From the human T2T-CHM13v2.0 reference genome, Homo sapiens, in the NCBI RefSeq assembly GCF_009914755.1, contig NC_060947.1: a DNA stretch of 64,000 bases, one strand, 5' to 3'. The notes below the pieces were generated by a model. The model had not been told where the DNA came from. It saw only the letters and a program-made list of their open reading frames with translations, and did no database searches. Position numbers and translations under genes: made by a program. Below are positions 53,654 to 64,000 of the stretch, one piece after another. Positions within the stretch are counted from its first letter, which is position 1, and the number at the start of each line of letters is the position of its first letter.

Positions 53654-56365
53654 CTATGCCAATAATGAGTTATGAAATTGAATCAGTGATAAAACATCTA
53701 CCAACCAAAGCCCAGGATCATATGGATTTAGAGCTAAATTCTACCAGGAGTACAACAAAATCTGGTACAAATGTTACTAAAACTACTACAAAAAATAAAG
53801 GAGTAGACATGCCTCCCTAACTCATTCTATGAAACCAGTATTATTCTGACACCAAAATCTAGCAAGAATGCAACACAAAAGTAAACTTTAGGTCAATATT
53901 CTTGATAAACATAGACACAAAATTCACAACCAAATACTGGTAAACAGTATCTACCAGCAAGCCAAAAACATAATTTATCATCATCAAGTGGGGTTTATCC
54001 CAGAAATGCAAGGATGGTTCAACATATGAAAATGTGTTATTTACAACATATTCAGAAATAACAACAAAAAGCACATGATCATCTCAATAGTTGCAGATAA
54101 AATTCAGCATCCCTTTATGATAAAAACCCTCAACAACATAGGCATCAAACGAATATATTTCAAATTAGTAACAGCCATGTATGACAACCCACAGCCAACA
54201 TCATACTTAATGAGGAAAAATTGAAAGCATTCCTCCTAAGAACTAGTATAAGACAGGGATGTCCACTCTCATCACTTTTCTTCAACATAGTACTGAAAGC
54301 CCTATCCAGAGAAACTAGGGAGGAAAACAAAAAACATCCAAGTTGGAAAAGAGAAAATCAAATTATCTCTGTTTGCTGATCAGATGATCTTATATCTGGA
54401 AAATCTGAAGATTGCTCCAGAAGACTTTCACATCTGATAAACAACTTCAACAAAGTTTTAGGATACAAAATTAATGCACAAATACTAGTTGCATTTCTAT
54501 ACACCAACAATGCTCAATTTAAGAGCCAAATCAATAAATCAATCTTAGTTAAAATAGCCACAAAAATATCTATGAATACCTTTAACCAGGAAGGTGAAAG
54601 ACCTATATAAGGAAAACTACAATACACTGATGAAATAAATTGTAGACAACACAAATGAACGAACATGCTATGCCCATGGATAGAATCAATATGATTAAAA
54701 TGAATATACACCCCAAAGCATTCTACAGATTCAATACAATTCTTATGAAAATACCAACATCGTTTTTCACAGAGTTAGACAAAACAATTCTAAAATTCAT
54801 ATGGAAACAAAGAAGAGCCCAAGATAGCCAAAGCAATCGTAAGCAATAAGAACAAAGTTGGAAACATCACATTGCCTGACTGCAAACTATGCTACAAGGA
54901 GATAGTGACCCAAACAGCACTGCACAGGGACAAAAATAGACACATAAATCAATAGAATAGAAAAAGAAACCAGAAATAAAGCCACATACCTACAACTAAC
55001 TGATTCTTGACAAAGTAAACACAAGTAAACATTGGGGAAAGGACATCCTATTCAATAAATGCTTCAGGAAGAACAGGCTAGCTAAATGTTGAATAATGCA
55101 ACTGGACCATTATCTCCCACTGCATAGAAAAATTAACTCAAGATGGAGTAAAAGTTTACATTTTAGACTGGATTCTCAAAAAGTTCTGGAAGAAAACCTA
55201 GGAAAATGTCTTCTGGACATTGGCCTAGATAAAGAATTTATGGCTAAGGCATCAAAGGCCAGTGCAACAAAAACAAAAATATACAAGTTAAAATTAAATA
55301 AAAGGGCTTCTGCACAACAAAAGACACTAACAACAGACTAAATTGGTAACCTACAGCGTGGAAGAAAATATTTGCAAACTATGAGTCTGATAAATGACTA
55401 ATATTCATAATCTATAAGGAATTTAAACAAATCAACACTAAGAAACCAATAACCTCATCAAATAGTGAGCAAGGAGATGAACAGACACTTCTCAAAGAAG
55501 ACATATAATGAGTCAACAAATATATGAAAAAAGACTCAATATTACAAATCATCATATACATGCAAATTAACACCACAATGAAATCCATCTCATAAGAGTT
55601 GGAATGGCTATTATTAAATACTCAAAAAATAAAAGATGTTGGTGAGGATGTAGAGAAAAAGGGACACTTATTTACCATTACTTGTACTGTAAATTAGTTC
55701 AACCCCTAAGGTAATCAGTATCCAGATTTCTCAAAGAACTAAAAACAGAACTGCTATTTGACCCAGCAACCCCACTGCTGCTTCTCTCTCCAAAGGAAGA
55801 GAAATCATTCCACCAAAAAGACACCTGCACTCATATGTTTATGGCAGTCCTATTCACAGTAACAAAGTCATGGAATCAACCTAAGTGTCAGTCCATGGTT
55901 GATTGTGCAAAGAAAATGTGGTATATATATACAGCATGAAATCCCATGCAGCCATAAAAAATAATAATGCCTTTGTAGCAACATGGATGGAGCGGGAGGC
56001 CATTAACCTAAATGAAATAACTCAAAAACAGAAAAACAAATACTTCATAATCTCACCTTTAGGAGTTAAGCAGTGGGTACACATGGAACAAATATGGAAA
56101 TAGTAGACACAGAAATCCAGCATATATATATACACACACACATATATAGTTAATAATAATGTATATTTCTATTATTACAATACAATAATATGTACTTTTA
56201 ATACATAATATGTATTTTAATAATGTATTTTAAAATTATATTAACTATATATAGTTAATATTAATGTATATTTAAAAATTGTTAAGAGAATGCAATTCAA
56301 ATTTCTCATTAAAAGTGATAGCAAGTGATGTAATAGTTAATTTAGCTTTATTTAATCTTCCACAT

Positions 56366-56421
56366 TGTGTGTTTGTGTGTGTGTGTGTGTGTACACACAC
56401 ATACACATACACACACACACA
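56366..56421. repeat. Self-complementary (TG)n-(CA)n microsatellite
   Basis: TG run meets CA run at gtac (56391-56394). Confidence 0.95.
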
Positions 56422-58246
56422 GGTGTGGGACCTGTGGGACATGGACTGGCTTCCTCTCCTTGGGTTAACTGCAGCACATTGGAGGTGTGGATAAAGGACT
56501 TAGGGTCTTTGCTCCTTTGTTAGTCTGAGGGTAGAAAGATCAGTTCCACTCCAGAGGCCGTGGCAGAGAAGTTTTCAGTTGTCCCTGGAGGCTCTGTCCA
56601 GGAATTTTCTCAGTTGCTACTGGCTCAGTAGCTCTGGTGGGGGTGGCTGGAGGCCCAGGCATGGAGGACCTCACCAGTGAGGAGACGTGGGACCAAGCCC
56701 CCACTTAAGTCTGGTCACTTTTCCATTGGACTGCTGCAGTATGCTGGGGGGCTCACTCCAGTCCCTAGTCACCTTAGATTTTCCAATACCTGGAGGTATC
56801 ACCAGTGAAGGCTGTGTAACAGCAAAGATGGCAGCCTTCTCCTCCAGACCTGTTTTTGGCCTGAACACACCTGTGGAAGGTAGCTAGAGACCACGGTTGG
56901 GAGTTCCCACCCAGTGAGGAGGAACAGGATTGGCAGACCTGCTTGAAAAAGCAGCCTGGTCATGTTTTGGTGGAGCAGCTGTGCTATGCTGGGTGTCCAC
57001 TTCAGCCCCCAGTCACCTCAGACACTCCAAAGCCCAAAGGTCGGAATAGCTAAGTCACTCAAACAGCAAAGATGGCAGCTCACCCCTCCTCTGGGAGCCC
57101 CATCCCTGGAGACTTTGAAACCTCTGTCAGCCAGAGAACACTGGGGGATAGCTGGAGATCCGGGTTGGGAGGCCCCACTGACGATGAGAAACAGGATTGG
57201 GGGAACTGCTTAAAAAAGCAATCTGGCCATGTTTTCATAAGGCAGTTGTGCTGTGCAGGGGGTCCACTTCAGCCCCTAGTCACCTTGTACTCTCCAAAGG
57301 CCAGAATAGCTGTGTCACTCAAACGGCACAGATGGCAGCCCATCCCTCCCTCTGGGAGCTCCATTCTAGGGAGGCTTCAAATCTCTGTCAACTGGAGAAC
57401 ACCAGTGGGGGTGGCTAAAGACCCCAGTTGGAAGTCCTGCACACTGAAAAGGAATGGGAGAGGGGATCTTCTTAAAAAGGCAGTCTGGCGGTATTTTCAT
57501 AGAGCAGTTGTGATGTGCTGTAGGATCCCTCCTGTTTCTGGTCAGCTTAGACTCTCCAAAGACCACAGGGTGGAACGGCTGTCTCCCAAACAGCAAAGAT
57601 GGTGGCCTACCCCTACCCCCAGGAGCTCCATCCCAGTCGCAATATTACTATCAGTGGCTGGCTGAAATTCCAAGCCAGAGTTTTATTCTGTGAGGTGCCT
57701 TGGTAGTGGGACCTGCGGACAGTCACTGCTCAGCTCCCTGGATTCAGCCTCTTTCCTAGGGATATGTACAGGTGGTCTAACCTTTCACTTTGCTGGAATT
57801 GCAAGTAATTTTTCTGGGAAGCCCAGAAAGCCTGAGTATCTAAGGCTCCTGGGTCTCCACATGTGCCTGAGCAGATGCTCAGCAAAGACTCCGCATAGCT
57901 CTGTGTGTCAGACTGAAGGCCCTGGTGGAGTGGGTTCATGAGGGGAATCTCCTGACCCAAGGGTTGCAAAGATCTGTGGAAGAAGCGTGGGTTCCTGCAG
58001 TCACACTTTCACTCACCACTTCCTTGGGTGGCGGAGGTTACTTGGCTCCATGTCACTCCTGGGTAGGCCATCATTCTGCTTTGATTTTCTCCATTTTTCG
58101 TGGGTCAAGTTGTTTTCTTGATTAGTCCTTATGCACGCTCCTGGATGTTTCAGTTGAAAATGCTGTATTTACTCACCCCTTCCTTTTCTCTCCATGAGAG
58201 CCATGCACACTAGCTGCTTCTAGTTGGCCATCTTGGCCATCTCCCC
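56422..58246 (-). mobile_element. Isolated L1 (about PA13-PA15) 5'UTR with tandem ~250-bp monomers
   Basis: Reverse complement begins GGGGAGATGGCCAAGATGGCCAACTAG (YY1 core); agatgg anchor recurs at 56826, 57070, 57330, 57597. Confidence 0.8.
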
Positions 58247-59129
58247 AACAGAGAACATTTCGGACAGGGGTGACAAATATGGATTTGATGATGGAATCTT
58301 TTAACCTTGATGCGAAGCTACAAGAAGGCTTCAACACCTTCGGTTTACAACAGTATTAGACTGTCTCACTTCCATCATTAATTACAAATTATTAATGAGC
58401 ACCCTACACAGTGCAGGATTGGTCAGTCTGTTCAAAGCTTTGATTGGACACTCCTCAGTTATAGTCAAGCAGATCCTCAGTATCACAATGCATGCTTTTT
58501 TTTTTTTATTGTGGAAGTGCATTAAGAACTTGTGTTTGTACAATCTATAATTTACAAGCTATAGGAAACTGGGAGCAGAATGAAAAATGTCTGATTTCAA
58601 CCATCAATGGCAATATGCTATAAAAATCTCTAGGAAGTGTTAAAACACAGGATTGACATCTGCTCTGTGACATGAACACTCCATATGAACATTTATAAAG
58701 TTAAAATTAACTGTGAGAGTTACTCTGCCAAGTAGAATTTACAGGTTCACATATAACCTACATACTCAATGATACATATTTGGACATGTTAATTTAGTTT
58801 TAATTCACTCCATGTTTGTCTTGAAGATCAAGTGAATTTAGGACAGATAGTATGATTGCTAAGCAGCAGGAAAATTCACTTTATTTCTTTGGTCATAAAT
58901 TAACTTGAAACCTTTCAGCTTGAGTTTCTTGTTATTTCTTTGTTTGTTTGTTTTCTTTTTCCAGACCTGTTATTTTTGTTATAGGTACAGACTAAGTAGA
59001 GAGTTAGATTAACTAGAGTTGAGGGTCTTCCAGGTAACTACAATAGAGAAATAAAAAGTGTGAGCAAGAGAGGAACAAACAGGCAAGTGGCATGTACATA
59101 CAAGGCAGAGATTGCAATGAAAGAACATG

Positions 59130-60300
59130 AACTCTAAAGTGGGTAATAAGGGAAAGTAATACATGCAGAAAACATTGAAAAGTGAAAAGGTGGTAATGTA
59201 AATAAGTAAGTTTGATTCCAATAGAGTCAAATAATTGTTGGAAAGGGATGCTAGAGGCTATGACCTACAAAGATAGGATATTGTGACTGGTGAATAGATT
59301 TATTGAAATTGAGATTTTGTAAATGTAATTAATGAAAATAATAATGTCTATGATCATAGGTGGAGGTGTCACAGGTGGGACAAAGGAAAAGCTCACTGAC
59401 ACTAATGAAGTCAAGAAACTGAGAGAACAGTTTGAGGGATTTTTTTTTTTATTTTAACATTCCTGACAACTGACAAGAGTGGTGTTGGATATAAATTAAG
59501 TCAGACATAAAATTCTGAAGGAAGAAATGTAAATAATTAGCCAGTCTATAAATAAAAAGAGAGACAGTGATATGGTTAGCCCATGTGTCTTCACCCAAAT
59601 CTCATCTTGAATTGTAATCCCCAGATGTTGAGGGAGGACCCTGGTGGGAGGTGATTGGATCATGGAGGTGGTTTCTCCCATGCTGTTCTCATGGTAGTGA
59701 GTACTCACAAGATCTGATGGCTTTATTAGTGTTTGGCAAGTTCCTCCTTCACTCACTCTTCTCTCTTCTGCCGACTTAAGAAGAAGGTGCTTGCTTCCCC
59801 TTCCACCATGATTGTAAGTTTCCTGATGCCTCCCCAGCCATGCAGAACTGTGAATCAATTAAACCCCTTTTCTTTATATATTACCCAGTTTTGGGTAGTA
59901 TCTTTATAGCAGTGTGAGAACAGACTAATATCTTTACAGCAGTGTGAGAACAGACTAATACAAATGTTATACTAACACCATATATAATATATAGTATAGT
60001 ATGGCATGCAATTCAAAGGATATTTTTTCTTTTTGTAAATTAGAAGGGAAGAATAATGGTCCAGAATTGGCAAAAAAAAAAAAAAAAACTAAGACAATAT
60101 ATTCTCAGGCCCACTAGGTCATAGAATGTGAGGTAATAGAATCTCTTTCACTCATCTTAGCTCCTGGGGGAAACACTGTCCTCTGGAGACATCCAGAAAA
60201 TTTAAGAAGGTAAAGGATACATCCAGGAAAACATTGAAGCATTTTTCCATTAGAGAGCACAGTGAGAGGATTTAAGGCATTCAGAATAGATTGAAAATGG
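59130..60300 (-). mobile_element. Old L2 fragments interrupted by THE1D
   Basis: Purine-rich antisense L2-like text (gaagtcaagaaactgagag, gagagcacagtgagagg). Confidence 0.45.
59568..59962 (+). mobile_element. THE1D solo LTR with duplicated 3' end
   Basis: tgatatggtt..cacccaaatctcatcttgaattgtaatcccc..gtttggcaagttcctcc..cagactaataca. Confidence 0.9.
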
Positions 60301-60759
60301 GTACATATTATGGTATATACACTGCCATGAGAAGATAAAAATCGATCCACTTTATGATAGAGAATTTTGGAGTCTTGGCCCCCTTGTGATCATCAAAGTA
60401 AGCAAGGACAAGAGTCATAAAGATAATTTTCTCTATTGTCATTTACATGGAGGTGAATAATTATTCTAATTATTAGTATAATTTTAGGGTCTCTCCATGA
60501 GTAGGAACTCTCTGAGTTTGCCGATATATTTTCTAATAGGTTGATGTGATGTTCATCCTAGGGAAAGACTACATTACAAAAAGCAAGTGGATGTCTATGC
60601 TAGCTGCCTAAATCATGTTGAAAATGATGTCAATGCTCAGAGACGGGCAGTCCTACTAAGACTATAAGAAATTCTGCCAACTGTGAACTTTAAACTCTTT
60701 TGAGGTGAATAACTAACCAACAGCCAACAAAATTCTTATCTGAGAAACAGTGAAAATAA

Positions 60760-61775
60760 ATGTTATATTTAGGAAAAAGACAAGGATGCTTTCTACTATC
60801 CCAATTTTAAATATTTGTCAGGAAATTTTACTTAATATATTTTATATATTTTATAATTTGCAACATTATATAAATTATATATCATATATATATCATGTAT
60901 GATCATATATATATGATGTTGCTGAAATGGGAAAAGTTCCCTTGTCCCTCTTGCAGGGTGTGAAATGGGGATGTGGCTTGCTTCTTCAGTGCTCTATTGC
61001 TCAAACCTTTAGGGGAGCATACAGATGGGCAGGGAGACCCATGGCAGTGTCCAGGGGTGAATGTTTACAGCTGAAGCCCCAGTGACCATGTGTTACTGGG
61101 TGCTCTTTTAGTTTAGCCATGCATAGGTAGCTGTGTTAGCTCAATTAGACCCCTGCTTTATCGCAAGCACAGAGGGCTTTCTGTATCCCAGGGTTCTTGC
61201 CTTGGAGTACGGGAAGAATTGGATCACACATGGGCTTGGAGAATGAGTCCAAGGTTTTATTGAATGGAAGTAGCTCTCAGCAGTGGGGGAGCCAGAAGGG
61301 AGAAGATTTTCCCCTAGAGTCGGGCCACTTGGAGGCCTGGACTCTCCTCCAACTGCCCCAACCAAACTCTGTGTCATTCTGCTGGTCGGTGGCCTGCCAG
61401 CATGTTCAGTGTGTTCCTCTCGACATCCAACCGTCCGTGTGTTCCTCCGCTGATGTGCTCCTCTCGATGTCCAGCCACCTGTGTGTCTGCTTGCTAGCAT
61501 CTTGGGGTTTTTACAGGCACAGGATGGGGCCGTGGCAGGCCAGGGTGGTCTTGGGAAATGCAACATTTGGGCAGGAAAACAAAAATGCCTGTCCTCATGT
61601 AGGTCTGTGGCCACAGGCCTGGGTGTGGAGTCCTAGCCAGGGACCACAACCTTACCCCCTTCCGTATAATTTAAAGGGATCATGCCCTTCCTTTCCCAGA
61701 ATTTTCCTTCCATATCATTGCTAATGACATGTTTGGATACTTCAGAAATCTAAGATAGATCAGCTAAGACAAATA
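60760..61775 (+). mobile_element. Ancient L1 ORF2 RT fragment split by an LTR
   Basis: aagacaaggatgc (RQGC region) before and ttgctaatgacatg (FADDM-like) after the LTR. Confidence 0.5.
60923..61717 (-). mobile_element. ERV1 solo LTR of the LTR28/MER52/LTR1 group
   Basis: tgaaatgggaaaagttccc...ccttccatatca termini, perfect TSD ttgc (60919-60922, 61718-61721), GC-rich. Confidence 0.85.
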
Positions 61776-61789
61776 AGAGCTTAGAATTT

Positions 61790-64000
61790 GTCACTTTCAT
61801 TCTTTTAACAAGGAAAAGCTGGAAAAACTGAAAAACAGTTGACACTTTTTGGACTCATCAGAGAAGTGAAGTTACTGGATTTCCTTGAAATATTTAGAAA
61901 CAGTTATTTTCAGAAGGACAAAACACATGAGCAATTTCTTATCTGGAGCAGACACTGCCAGACACCCTAGAAGGCAGTAAGAACATTAAACTAGAAATTC
62001 TGATGAATTTATGGTGCCCAAATGTGGGCTAGCTTCTGGAGGCTGCAGTCACAGGAATACCCCTCATTTCTGTAGGCTTTCCTGCAGAAGCTCCACCAGG
62101 CTTTCATAGAGTGGATTTAGAAAAATCCTAAGAGTGCTCCCTTTGTGACTCTGCCAAGGGAAGGGAAGGAATTAGGAGGCAGGGTGAAAAAGAGTCTACC
62201 CCTAAAGAAAAAAAAGAAACACGAATTACAAAAGTCACAGCTCTGAAACACAGCTTACTATGCATTCCAAAACTTGAGAATAAAACATAAAACCTAGAGA
62301 ATGCCTTATATCCTTCTTTCCTATATGATCACTATACTAGTAATGCCTCCAATAATGGTTACAGTGGATTACAACTAAAAGAGCTAAAAGAAAAAATAAA
62401 TAAATAAAACTTTCTGAGAAGCAGAATAGAGAAGCCCAAAATTCAAGAGGAGAGAAAAAAAACATGATTACTAGAGAAATATGAATCTTCCAGTGTCCAT
62501 AGCTACAACAAACATCAAACATAACACAACTCTTGGCCAGATAACATGTATACCAAACATCTATTAACATATATGATATGTTCAGCATTCAACAAAAAGT
62601 TCTAAGACATGCCCAAAAGGCAAGAAGCAAACAAATAAACAAACAACACACAGTCAGAAGACAAAGTATTAATGAGACACAGACTCACTTATGACATGAA
62701 TGTTGGAATTGTCAGAGAGGAAATTTAAAAATGATTATGATTACCTTGTCAAAATCTCTAATGAAAAAGGTACAGGACAGGCAAAACCAGAAGGGTCACA
62801 TAAGAGGAGAGATGCAAATTGTAAGAATAAAAAGAAAAGGTTATAAATTATTTTTAAAAAATATGGCAACAAAAATGAAGAATGCTCTCCATAGTTCATC
62901 AGTATACCCAACACAACTAAATAAAAAGTCAGTAAATTTGAAGACAGGTAAATAGAAAATTTTCAAACTGAAATTGAATAAAAAAGTGACAAAAATAGAA
63001 CAGAACATTCAAGAACTGTGGGAAAATATCTGCAAAACTGTAATACTAGAAGAAAAAGGCAAAATGAAACAAAATAAAAATTTGAAGAAATAGTAGTTGA
63101 AAAATGTTAAATTAGTGACAGTCACCAATACATGGATCTAAGAAGCTTAGAGAACCCTAAGAAAAGATAACACACTGTATTAGTCAGGATTCTCCCAAAA
63201 AATATAAACAATAGAACCAATAGGCTCTATTTTTGTCTCTCCATAGAGAGAGAGATACAGAAGTTTATTTTAAGAAGTTGGCTCACATGATTATGGTAGC
63301 AGGCAAATCCAAAAGCTGCAGGATGGATTGGCAGGTTGGAGACCCAAAGAAGAGCAAATAATGTAGTTCAAGTCTGAAGGCCATCAAAATAAAGTTTCAG
63401 GAAGGAACCAACATTGCAGTTCAAATCCAAAGGATATCTACTGGCAGAATTACTCTTTGCTTGGGGGAAGTCAGTACTTTTGTTCTATTCAGTTCTTAAC
63501 TGAGTGGATGAGACCCACCCAACTTACAGAGGGAAATCTCTTTTGCTCAAAGTTGACTAATTTATATGCTAATCTCATGGAAAACAATCTTCATAAAAAT
63601 ATCTGGAATAATGTGTGACCAAATATTTGGGCACAATGAGGTATCCAAATTGACACTTAAAATTAATTATCACACATAACAAAACATAGATAAGAATTGC
63701 TGAAGACGTCTTATCAGATATTATGTCAACAGGAAAATAATGGCATACAATATTTAAAATTTTAAAAGAAAAATTCTGCCAATCAAAAATTCTATACTCA
63801 GCAAAACATGTACTTTAAGATTGAAAAAAAATCCTTTCTCAAAAAAAAAATTATTACTAGTAGACTAGCCCTACAAAAATTGTTAAAGGAAGTTCTTCAC
63901 AGAAAGAAACTTATATAGGTCAGAAAAATTGAGAATATACAAAAAAAAGAAGAGTGGAGCACAACAAATAAATAAAGGTAAAATATCTTTTATGTTTTTC
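61790..64000 (+). mobile_element. Ancient L1M 5'UTR/ORF1 remnant interrupted by MLT2
   Basis: ttggaattgtcagagagg, cagaacattcaagaactgtggga, aaattctatactcagcaaaa, aaaggaagttcttca are ORF1-like motifs. Confidence 0.7.
63176..63674 (-). mobile_element. MLT2 (C/D-like) ERVL solo LTR
   Basis: tgtattagtcaggattctcc..gaaccaatagg..ttggctcacatgattatgg..gacacttaaaattaattatcaca. Confidence 0.85.

Larger units (their letters stand above)
49490..56120 (+). mobile_element. Near full-length old primate L1 (L1PA16/L1PB class); both ORFs disrupted
   Basis: 5'UTR to about 51100, ORF1 remnants (EFKIWI, PIRLSTD), ORF2 start near 52210 (TGTKPHISILSFNVN), RT region near 54370, C-terminus and start of 3'UTR. Confidence 0.9.

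Noticed and set aside
51100-56100. Possibly active full-length L1
   Set aside because: ORF1 and ORF2 are broken into short frames and the RT motif is disrupted
57072-57665. 197-aa ORF
   Set aside because: Antisense reading of repeated L1 5'UTR monomers, no recognisable domain
60540-60704. Possible plus-strand exon (ttttctaatag| ... gag|gtgaat)
   Set aside because: Stops in all three frames, weak donor, no recognisable peptide
61141-61724. 157-aa and 175-aa overlapping ORFs
   Set aside because: Lie inside a GC-rich solo LTR where stop codons are scarce

Overview
Primate (catarrhine, human-like) intergenic or deep-intronic DNA: AT-rich, CpG-depleted and made mostly of nested transposable elements (L1 of many ages, five Alus, L2/MIR, MaLR and ERVL LTRs, ERV1 LTRs, Tigger DNA transposons). 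No intact protein-coding gene, RNA gene or CRISPR array is supported; the listed ORFs are decayed L1/Alu/LTR frames or chance ORFs. Best-resolved structures: an L1M splitting a Tigger1 end with a 16-bp TSD, a full MSTA element, a twin-primed L1PA inside MLT2A inside an older L1, a two-LTR MER61-like provirus with a tRNA-Lys-like PBS and a nested LTR12, and a near full-length old L1. That old L1 carries the most unusual signal: a perfect 51-bp-arm palindrome plus a second, older-looking inverted duplication. Subfamily names come from my recall of consensus sequences and need RepeatMasker/Dfam confirmation; boundaries without a quoted TSD are approximate. I found no convincing new multi-gene system; the leads are structural or regulatory.
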